A stretch of DNA of 64,000 nucleotides from Longimicrobiales bacterium. Lineage in GTDB: Bacteria; Gemmatimonadota; Gemmatimonadetes; Longimicrobiales; Gaopeijiaceae. Shown piece by piece: positions 33,551 through 41,338 of this stretch (position 1 is the stretch's first letter; every line of letters begins with the position of its first letter). Below the pieces are notes generated by a model. That model saw nothing but the letters and a program-made list of their open reading frames with translations, was not told the origin of the DNA and ran no database searches. A program made the position numbers and the translations under genes. Location of the stretch: assembly GCA_965211795.1 (NCBI GenBank), contig OZ242973.1, positions 2,234,088-2,298,087 of the forward strand, read 5' to 3'.

Positions 33551-36500
33551 ATGACGAAGCGTGACAGGGTGAACGCACCAGGAGCCATGCCACGGGTCCC
33601 AGCAGCCTCCCAGCGAGTGCCCCGGCCGCGCATCCCCCTCGCCATGGCGTTTGCAATGTGGCTCGCCAGCTGCGGCGGTGACCCGACGCCTCCCGTCCCA
33701 GCGAACCGGGCACCCTTGGCGCTTGGCACGATGCCCGCCCAGCAAATCAGCGTCGGCGACACCGCGACGGTGGATGCGTCGGAGTACTTCACCGACCCTG
33801 ACGGCGACGCGCTGCAATACACCGCAGCGAGTTCCGACGATGAGGTGGCCACCTCCTCCGTGTCGGGAAGCATGATCGCAATCGCGGCCTTGGCCAAGGG
33901 CACCGCCGCCCTCACCGTAACGGCCACCGACCCGGAAGGCCTTTCGGCCCAGCAGAGCTTCGAGGCCACGGTGCCCAATCGGGTACCCTTGGCGGTTGGC
34001 ACGATGCCCGCCCAGCAAATCAGCGTCGGCGACACCGCGACGGTGGATGCGTCGGAGTACTTCACCGACCCTGACGGCGACGCGCTGCAATACACCGCAG
34101 CGAGTTCCGACGATGAGGTGGCCACCTCCTCCGTGTCGGGAAGCATGATCGCAATCGCGGCCTTGGCCAAGGGCACCGCCGCTCTCACCGTAACGGCCAC
34201 CGACCCGGAAGGCCTTTCGGCCCAGCAGAGCTTCGAGGCCACGGTGCCCAATCGGGTACCCTTGGCGGTTGGCACGATGCCCGCCCAGGAAATCAGCGTC
34301 GGCGACACCGCGACAATGGATGCGTCGGAGTACTTCGCCGACCCTGACGGCGACGCGCTGCAATACACCGCAGCGAGTTCCGACGATGAGGTGGCCACCT
34401 CCTCCATGTCGGGAAGCATCATCGCAATCGCGGCCTTGGCCAAGGGCACCGCCGCCCTCACCGTAACGGCCACCGACCCGGAAGGCCTTTCGGCCCAGCA
34501 GAGCTTCGAGGCCACGGTGCCCAATCGGGCACCCTTGGCGGTTGGCACGATGCCCGCCCAGCAAATCAGCGTCGGCGACACCGCGACAATGGATGCGTCG
34601 GAGTACTTCACCGACCCTGACGGCGACACGCTGAGCTACCGAGCTTCAAGTTCCGACACTTCGATGGTTATTGTCTCCGCCTCGGGGAGTGCGATCGCAA
34701 TCACGACTGTGACCAAAGGCACCGCCGCAGTCACCGCAACGGCCACCGATCCGGAAGGCCTTTCGGTCCAGCAGAACTTCGAGGTCACCGTGCCCAACCA
34801 AGCCCCGGTCGCGGTAGGCAGCATTCCCGCGTTGGAACTCACGACCGGGCGCTCGGTTGAGTTGAATGTCGCATCGTACTTCAGTGATCCCGACGGTGAT
34901 GCGTTGACGTACTCGGCGTCGGTTTCCGACTCCGCCGTCGCGAGCGCCTCGATGGCTGGCTCGGTCGTCACGATCCGCGGCTTGCGGGAGGGAAGCGTCG
35001 CCGTCATCGTCACGGCCACCGACGGGGACAACATGAGCGCCATGCAGGAAGCTCCGCTCACCGTGTCCCTGGTCGACAGAATCGTCATCAATCCTGCCCG
35101 GCCGCGAGTTTTCAGCCCGGGCGAGGAGGTGCCGCTCGCGGCGGTTGTGTTCGACATAAACGGGGCGACCATTCAGGAGGCGACCGTTGAATGGTCGTCC
35201 AGCGTTCCGGCGGTGGCGACGGTGTCGCCGGAGGGAGTGGTCGCCACCGTGGCCCAGGGGACCGCGTCGGTAGCCGCTGTATCGGGGCCGGCGTCGGCAA
35301 CCGTGCGGATCGCAGTGGGTCCCGCATCGATCCGGCGGGAATTCGAAGCGCTTCGCACAATCTACGACCAGATGGGCGGACCGGCCTGGAGAGAATCGAC
35401 GAATTGGTTGACGAATCACGCGCTGGACACCTGGTCACGAGTCGAGATCAATCGCGCCGGGTTCGTGACCGGACTCCGTCTGGCGAAGAACGACCTATCC
35501 GGCACGCTTCCTTCCGAGATCGGGGCGTTCGCGAGGCTCAAGCACCTGGACATGGACCTCAACCGACAAGTCGCCGGCCCGATCCCTCCCGAGATCGGTG
35601 ACCTGGAATCCCTCGAGTTTCTGAAGCTCAGTTCCACCGGCCTCAGCGGTCCGATTCCCGGCGAGATCGGCAACTTGGCACGGCTTAGGGATCTGCTGCT
35701 CCATTGGACGAAGCTGACCCGCATTCCGCCCGAAATCGGCAATCTCACCAACCTGACGCACTTCCACGCCTTCCTGAGCGAGTTCGAGGGTCCGTTGCCC
35801 GCGACGATTGGCAATCTCGACAACCTCAAGGAACTCTGGCTCAACGGAAACAGGTTGTCCGGCGCCATTCCGCCGAAAATCGGCGAGATGACGGCGCTCG
35901 AGAAGCTGCATCTGCATGACAACTTGTTCAGTGGTTCGATCCCCCCCAGCCTCGGCACCGCTCCGAATCTTTCGGTCCTGCGGCTGTCCGGGAACCGGCT
36001 GGCAGGACAGGTGCCGCCCGAACTCGGCGGGGCCCGGAATCTGCAGTGGCTGGCGCTGGAAGGGAACGAGCTTTCAGGCCCGATCCCCCCCGAGATCGCT
36101 GATTTGACGAGACTCGAGACGCTCGAGCTGCAGGAAAACGGCTTCAGCGGTCCGATCCCGCCGGAGTTCGGTGGCGCCACTGCCCTCACCTCGCTAAACC
36201 TCTCCCAGAACCGGCTCAGCGGAACGATTCCGGCGGAGTTGGGGAAGCTGACCATGGTGGAGCGTGTCTTGCTCGCCGACAACCCGGACCTTACCGGCAC
36301 TCTGCCTGCCGAACTCACCGGGATGCAGAACCTCCAGGTGCTGTTTCTGGGCGGGACGGATGTGTGCGCACCGACCGACCGGGAGTTTCTGACGTGGCTT
36401 CACAGCCTCTTGCAGGTACACGTCCGGCGGTGTGTGGACACCGATGCCAGCGTCGCCTACCTGACCCAGGCCGTGCAGTCGCCGCACTACCCCGTCCCCC

Positions 36501-37948
36501 TGATCGCCGGCGATTCGGCGCTGCTGCGAGTGTTCGTGGTATCCGGGACCGGTGCGGAGGCGAACGTGAGCATTCCACCGGCGCGAGCGACCTTCTACCT
36601 GGGAGGCGCGGAGGTCGATGTGGTCGATCTCGACGGCGTGAGCACGCCGATTCCGGCCGTCCTCGATGAAGGCGGTCTGGAACTGTCGCTCAACGCGATG
36701 ATCCCCGGGTCGGTGATCCAACCCGGGCTGGAACTGGTCGTGGAGATCGATCCCGAGGGCACCCTCGATCCGTCGCTGGGGCTCGCCGAGCGCATTCCCG
36801 AGTCGGGCCGCGCACCGGTTAGCGTCGTGGCGGTCCCGACCTACGAACTCACCTTCATCACCTTCCTGTGGACCGAGGACCCGGATTCCGCGCTGCTCGC
36901 CAAGGTGAACGGCCTGACGCCGGATTCGCCGCTTCTCTGGGCAACGCGAGAGTTTCTCCCGGTCAACGAGATCAGCGTGGCCCATCACGACCCCATTTGG
37001 CTCGACGAAAACCCATCCGCGGGAATCATGGATCACATCATCGATGCGACGTACGCAGCCAAGCAAGCCGCCGGAGGCCGGGGCCACTGGGTGGGGGTGT
37101 GGAGCGGGTGCTGTGGCGGTGCGTCCTTCCAGATCCAGACGGCCGGGGTCGGCCTGGAGCCGACGGCGCCAGACCGTTTCTGGCAGAACAACAATGTGAT
37201 CGCTCATGAACTCGGGCACCTCATGACGCTGCCACATGCTCCTTGCAACGTCGGAGATCCCGATCCCAACTTCCCATTTCCGAACGGTTCGATCGGCTCG
37301 TGGGGCTATGACATGCGGTCCAACGAACTACGAGCTCCAACGAGCCCGGAGGTCATGAGCTATTGCGGCGAACGGGAAAAGTGGATCAGCGGGTTCTATC
37401 ACCAGCAAGCCCTCGGTTGGCGGCTAAGCAGCGGCACCTCCGAGTCGCAGCCGGGACGTCCGGTACGGTCGCTGATGTTGTGGGGCGGACTCCGTCCGGA
37501 CGGGGAGCTGGTGCTCGAGCCGGCGTTCGTATTGGACGCGCCCCCCACCATGGACATCCGGTCGGGGGCTTACCGCATTACCGGACTGGACCGACAGAGC
37601 CGCGAGGTATTCTCGTACTCGGTGTCAATGAGTCCCGTGGACGGCGGTGGCGCAGCGTTCGCGCTCATGGTGCCGGTGCGACCGGAATGGGACGCTACCC
37701 TGGACCGCATCGAGTTGGTGGGCCCCGCGGGAAGCGTCGAGATCCGGAGGGACGGGCCGATGGCCTCGGTCCTCCTGACGGACCCCCGGACCGGGCGGAT
37801 ACGAGGCTTCCTGCGCCACGGCCTCGATGTCGGAGTTCTCTCCGATAGCGCGCGAGCCAATCGCCTGCTCAGCGCGCTCGTGCCCGAACCCGGGTTGGCA
37901 GCGCAAGTCAGCAGGGGCATTCCCCCAGCGGAAGTCTGGAAGCGATAA
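33551..37948 (+). CDS. 1,465-aa lipoprotein: 5 cadherin-like/Ig-like repeats + Big_2 + ~13 plant-type LRRs + metzincin-like Zn-protease domain
   Basis: Lipobox WLAS|CGG. Five 91-aa repeats carry YFTDPDGDALQYTA. A Big_2-like segment spans about 35080-35320. 24-residue LRRs (LxxLxLxxNxLSGxIPPEIGNL) span about 35470-36370. HELGHLMTLPH (37204-37236) is followed by EVMSY. Confidence 0.85.
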   Translation: MTKRDRVNAPGAMPRVPAASQRVPRPRIPLAMAFAMWLASCGGDPTPPVPANRAPLALGTMPAQQISVGDTATVDASEYFTDPDGDALQYTAASSDDEVATSSVSGSMIAIAALAKGTAALTVTATDPEGLSAQQSFEATVPNRVPLAVGTMPAQQISVGDTATVDASEYFTDPDGDALQYTAASSDDEVATSSVSGSMIAIAALAKGTAALTVTATDPEGLSAQQSFEATVPNRVPLAVGTMPAQEISVGDTATMDASEYFADPDGDALQYTAASSDDEVATSSMSGSIIAIAALAKGTAALTVTATDPEGLSAQQSFEATVPNRAPLAVGTMPAQQISVGDTATMDASEYFTDPDGDTLSYRASSSDTSMVIVSASGSAIAITTVTKGTAAVTATATDPEGLSVQQNFEVTVPNQAPVAVGSIPALELTTGRSVELNVASYFSDPDGDALTYSASVSDSAVASASMAGSVVTIRGLREGSVAVIVTATDGDNMSAMQEAPLTVSLVDRIVINPARPRVFSPGEEVPLAAVVFDINGATIQEATVEWSSSVPAVATVSPEGVVATVAQGTASVAAVSGPASATVRIAVGPASIRREFEALRTIYDQMGGPAWRESTNWLTNHALDTWSRVEINRAGFVTGLRLAKNDLSGTLPSEIGAFARLKHLDMDLNRQVAGPIPPEIGDLESLEFLKLSSTGLSGPIPGEIGNLARLRDLLLHWTKLTRIPPEIGNLTNLTHFHAFLSEFEGPLPATIGNLDNLKELWLNGNRLSGAIPPKIGEMTALEKLHLHDNLFSGSIPPSLGTAPNLSVLRLSGNRLAGQVPPELGGARNLQWLALEGNELSGPIPPEIADLTRLETLELQENGFSGPIPPEFGGATALTSLNLSQNRLSGTIPAELGKLTMVERVLLADNPDLTGTLPAELTGMQNLQVLFLGGTDVCAPTDREFLTWLHSLLQVHVRRCVDTDASVAYLTQAVQSPHYPVPLIAGDSALLRVFVVSGTGAEANVSIPPARATFYLGGAEVDVVDLDGVSTPIPAVLDEGGLELSLNAMIPGSVIQPGLELVVEIDPEGTLDPSLGLAERIPESGRAPVSVVAVPTYELTFITFLWTEDPDSALLAKVNGLTPDSPLLWATREFLPVNEISVAHHDPIWLDENPSAGIMDHIIDATYAAKQAAGGRGHWVGVWSGCCGGASFQIQTAGVGLEPTAPDRFWQNNNVIAHELGHLMTLPHAPCNVGDPDPNFPFPNGSIGSWGYDMRSNELRAPTSPEVMSYCGEREKWISGFYHQQALGWRLSSGTSESQPGRPVRSLMLWGGLRPDGELVLEPAFVLDAPPTMDIRSGAYRITGLDRQSREVFSYSVSMSPVDGGGAAFALMVPVRPEWDATLDRIELVGPAGSVEIRRDGPMASVLLTDPRTGRIRGFLRHGLDVGVLSDSARANRLLSALVPEPGLAAQVSRGIPPAEVWKR
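33704..35068 (+). repeat. Coding tandem repeat, 5 x 273 bp (91 aa); copies 1-3 nearly identical
   Basis: Units at 33704, 33977, 34250, 34523 and 34796. Copies 1-3 differ by only a few nucleotides, and copies 4-5 diverge progressively. Confidence 0.9.
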
Positions 37949-38280
37949 CCGGCATGCCGGGGGTGGCCAGGCCCACCCAAGCCAGCAGATCCACGGAATA
38001 GTCCGCAGGTGATGACATGTCGAGACCGGAGACCGGGTGCTCGGTCGGCCGTCGCCGGTTGCGGGGGACAGCCTCGCCGCCCGGTGCCCAAGGTGCGGAG
38101 TGGCGACGAACCCCTGACTCACGAGGTCGCCTCCCGTGTCGCGCCGTGGGCACAAGAGTCGCTGACGGGAACGTCCTCCCGGCCCGCGGTGGCCTGTCAA
38201 TCGTTCGTCCAAGACGTCTGCCGCCCTGTGGAGTGTCAAACCCGAGCCAGGCGGAGACCATGGGTGTCGACCATGGAGCA

Positions 38281-40635
38281 CTACGCCTCGTCGGGGTTCG
38301 CGGTCCGGTAGCCGACGCCTCGCTCGGTGAAGATGTAGGTGGGTGCGGCCGCGTCGTCGCCAAGTTTAGCGCGGAGCTGCTTTACCGTGGTGCGGACGCG
38401 ACTGGTGTCGCGCACGTTGTGGCGTCCCCAGACCTGGCGCAGCAGGGCACCCGTGGTGACGACCCGTCCCCGGTTGATCGCGAGGATGTGCAGCAGGTCG
38501 AATTCCTTGGCCCTGAGCGTCACCGGGCGGCCGGAGACGGTCACCCGCCGTTGGCCGGGCTCGATGGCCAGGTCGCCGAGGACGAAGGGCGCGGCGCCGT
38601 CCCGGCCCCTGAGCGCGGCCCGGATGCGCGCGACGAGCTCGGTCGGCGAGAACGGCTTGACGATGTAATCGACCGCGCCGCTCTCGAGCGCCCTGGCGAT
38701 CGTCTCGTCCCGCCCGTAGGCGGAGATGAAGATGACCGGCAGTTCGGCGAGCTGGGGGAGCCGGTGCATCAGCTCGATGCCGTCCGCGCCGGCGAGCATC
38801 AGGTCCAGGAGGACGAGGTCGGGACGCTCGGCACGGATGATGCCGGGGAGTTCGTCCGGATCGCCGGCCAGGAGCGGGGCGTAGCCCGCCTCCGAGAGGG
38901 TGTCCCCCACGTAGCGTAACGTCTTCGGGTCGTCGTCCACCACCAGGATCCGCGGACTCTCACCTCTCTCGGCGGGCCGGCGCGGCCGGCCGGCCACCGG
39001 CGCCGCCGCCGCGACGGAGTCCCCGGCCGCCGGGATCGTGAAGGTGAAGCGGGCACCCAGGCCGGCCCCTTCGCTCTCGGCGCTGATGCGGCCGCCGTGC
39101 GCCTCGATCAGACCCTTGCAGATCGCGAGACCGAGTCCGGTGCCTCCCTCGTGTGTCCCGCCTTCGCCCGGCTTCAGTCCGGCACGCTTGCGGAAGAGGT
39201 GCGGCAGCAGGTCCGGCGGGATTCCGCGGCCTTCGTCGCAGACCGAGATCGCGACGCAGTCGCCCTCCCCGGCCGCTTCGACCCGGATGGGAGAGGATGG
39301 GGGAGCGTTCCGGGCCGCGTTCGCGAGCAGGTTGTTCAGCACCTGAACGATCCGTTCGCGGTCGGCCAGCACGGGCGGCAGGTCCGGCGGGATATCGATG
39401 AGAACCGCGTGCCGGCCGCCGCCGCTCAAGAAGTTGGACCGGGCCCGGTCGAGGAGCCGGGCCACGATCACGGGCCGGGGCGACACCGTGAGCGTGCCCG
39501 CCTCGATGCTGCCCGCGTCCAGGAGGTTCGCGATGAGCCCGCGCATGTGGTCGGCCTGTCCGTCGATGATGCGGAAGAACTGGAGCATCTCGGCCCGGGA
39601 CGGGACCGATGCCGAGGACAGCACGGTCGTCGTCGAGCCCTTGACCGAACTCAGCGGCGCGCGGAGCTCGTGGCTCACCAATTCCAGGAACTCGGCCCGC
39701 TGCCGCTCCAGCTCCTCCAGGGCCGCGAGGTCCTGCATCGTGACCACGACCGTGTCGACGTCCCCGTCCGGCAAGCGGATCGGCGTGACGTTGATCAGGG
39801 TCCGGACGCTCCGGCCGTCGGGCAGGGACAGCTCGATCTCCTCGGCCCGCAGCGCCTCCGCGTTCTCGAGCTGCGCGGCCAGCGGGAACTCCTGGAGCGA
39901 GATCTCCCTTCCGTCGGCGCGCCGCCACGCCACCAGTTCGAGCAGCTCCTCCGGCCGCTGGCCCGCGTTGCGCAGCACGTCGACGATGCGCCGCATCTCG
40001 CGGTTGAAGTAGACCGCGCGGCCGGTCGCGGCCTCGAGGACGACGACCCCGACCGGCGAGGTCTCGACCAGCGCCTCCAGATTGGCCCGGGCGCGCTCCA
40101 GCTTCCCGTGCGTGCGCGCGTTCGCGATCGCCGTGGCCGCCTGCGACGCGAAGAGGACCAGGATCTCCTCGTCCTCCGCCGTAAACGCCTTGCCGTCCTC
40201 CTTGTCGCTGAGGAAGAAGTTGCCGACGTGTTTGCCGAGGTGGTGCATCGGCGTCCCCTGCAGCGTCTGCGAGCCCCAGGGAGTCGGGGAAAGGGCGAGT
40301 GAGCCGAGGTAGCCGGGCAGGTCCGCCGCTCGCAGCGGTGCCGGGAGGTCGCGCAGGTGCTCGAAGAGGCGCATTGCGTCGGGCCATTCCATCATCCGCC
40401 GGCGCTCCCCGGCGGAGATGCCGCCGGTGACGAAGTCCTGGATCTCTCCCCGCTCGTCGATCGTCGTGATCACCCCCAACCGGGCGCCGGTGAGCTCGCG
40501 GGCGCTCTCCACGACCTCCTCCAACACCGTGGCAAGGTCCAGGCTCCGGCTGATGCGCAGGATCGCCGCGCTCAACCGCGAGGTGCTGTCGTCGGGGCCC
40601 CGCCTCTCCGGTCCGGCCGGGTTCTGATCGTTCAA
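38281..40635 (-). CDS. Fused sensor histidine kinase / OmpR-type response regulator (GAF-PAS-HisKA-HATPase-REC-winged helix), no TM segment seen
   Basis: 784 aa. H-box VSHELRAPLSSV. N/G boxes NLLANAARNAP, DEGRGIP, GTGLGLAICKGLIEAHGG. REC: RILVVDDDP...LVLLDLMLAG...DYIVKPF. wHTH: LRAKEFDLLHILAINRGRVVT...YIFTERGVGYR. Confidence 0.88.
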   Translation of the reverse strand: MNDQNPAGPERRGPDDSTSRLSAAILRISRSLDLATVLEEVVESARELTGARLGVITTIDERGEIQDFVTGGISAGERRRMMEWPDAMRLFEHLRDLPAPLRAADLPGYLGSLALSPTPWGSQTLQGTPMHHLGKHVGNFFLSDKEDGKAFTAEDEEILVLFASQAATAIANARTHGKLERARANLEALVETSPVGVVVLEAATGRAVYFNREMRRIVDVLRNAGQRPEELLELVAWRRADGREISLQEFPLAAQLENAEALRAEEIELSLPDGRSVRTLINVTPIRLPDGDVDTVVVTMQDLAALEELERQRAEFLELVSHELRAPLSSVKGSTTTVLSSASVPSRAEMLQFFRIIDGQADHMRGLIANLLDAGSIEAGTLTVSPRPVIVARLLDRARSNFLSGGGRHAVLIDIPPDLPPVLADRERIVQVLNNLLANAARNAPPSSPIRVEAAGEGDCVAISVCDEGRGIPPDLLPHLFRKRAGLKPGEGGTHEGGTGLGLAICKGLIEAHGGRISAESEGAGLGARFTFTIPAAGDSVAAAAPVAGRPRRPAERGESPRILVVDDDPKTLRYVGDTLSEAGYAPLLAGDPDELPGIIRAERPDLVLLDLMLAGADGIELMHRLPQLAELPVIFISAYGRDETIARALESGAVDYIVKPFSPTELVARIRAALRGRDGAAPFVLGDLAIEPGQRRVTVSGRPVTLRAKEFDLLHILAINRGRVVTTGALLRQVWGRHNVRDTSRVRTTVKQLRAKLGDDAAAPTYIFTERGVGYRTANPDEA

Positions 40636-40703
40636 GGCTCCACTCCCTGTCTGCCGGGTCGCGCCGCCCCCGCAGCGGCCGTCCGCAGGACCGTTACAAG
40701 GGT

Positions 40704-40771
40704 GAAATCGTCCCGTGGCAATAAATCACTACCGTCACACAGTAAGTTGAATTATTCTCACAGTCAACACA
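40704..40771 (-). promoter_or_regulatory. ~70-bp upstream element B (shared with 33401..33470)
   Basis: GAAATCGTCCCGTGGCAATAAATCACTACCGTCACACAGTAAGTTGAATTATTCTCACAGTCAACACA. Starts 69 nt upstream of the start codon at 40635. CACAGTA (40738) and CACAGTC (40759) are spaced 21 bp apart. Confidence 0.6.
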
Positions 40772-40837
40772 CGCAGGATTGCTTGTATTTAGTGAGCGCT
40801 TCGTCTTGGGTCGCGGGGCGGGCGGGTCCTGCACGAC

Positions 40838-41030
40838 CAACTACACGGCCGAGGTGGACAACGACGTGGGCCGGGTGACGGATCGAGGGGACGCCGAACG
40901 ACACGGAATCGACGGTCGAATACCAGGGTGCCGGCGGCACGGCGCTCACCGACGCGGACGACATGGAGGACGGCTTCCAGGTCGACCTTGGCTTGGGCAG
41001 GAACGTCATCAGGGCGAATAACACCGCAGC
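40838..41030 (+). pseudogene. Possible frameshifted fragment of a cadherin-like beta-sandwich domain gene
   Basis: Two plus-strand frames read NYTAEVDNDVGRVT and ESTVEYQGAGGTALTDADDMEDGFQVDLGLGRNVIRANNTAA. No start codon. Abuts the tRNA. The family guess comes from motif memory only. Confidence 0.25.
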
Positions 41031-41053
41031 AATAGCTTACATTTTTCCCACAA

Positions 41054-41137
<84 letters not shown>

Positions 41138-41239
41138 TATTCCCGGTAAGATCGCCCCACTGCCAATCCCCTTCAAGGCGACTTACGCACGACTTCACGC
41201 CCCTCGCTGACCCCAGCACGCTTATCTTGGACGAAAAAA

Positions 41240-41274
41240 AGTAAACTACAGATTCCATTTTATAATGTTTACAT
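41240..41274. promoter_or_regulatory. Degenerate, shortened relative of the 41-bp element
   Basis: AGTAAACTACAGATTCCATTTTATAATGTTTACAT shares the GTAAAC...TTCCATTTT...TTTACA(T/C) blocks with copy 1. About 100 nt upstream of tRNA-Ser. Confidence 0.3.
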
Positions 41275-41338
41275 TACATTCTGGTCTGCTGATCGTCCCG
41301 ATTCATTGCTACCCGAATCCAGCCACCCCCCACCCCCC

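Noticed and set aside
33704-35068. CRISPR-like regularity of the 273-bp repeats (and of the dispersed 41-bp elements).
   Set aside because: The 273-bp units are contiguous, in frame and coding, with no spacers. The 41-bp elements are kilobases apart. No cas genes are present.
33266-35419. Minus-strand ORFs 33266..34564, 33454..34629, 34636..35172 and 34646..35419.
   Set aside because: They are mirror images of the cadherin-like tandem repeats in the plus-strand gene. Their own repetition simply reflects that.
33401-40771. The two ~70-bp inverted copies as terminal inverted repeats of a 7.4-kb transposon.
   Set aside because: No transposase lies inside and no target-site duplication is seen. 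Each copy sits at the same distance and orientation from a start codon, which fits duplicated regulatory DNA better.
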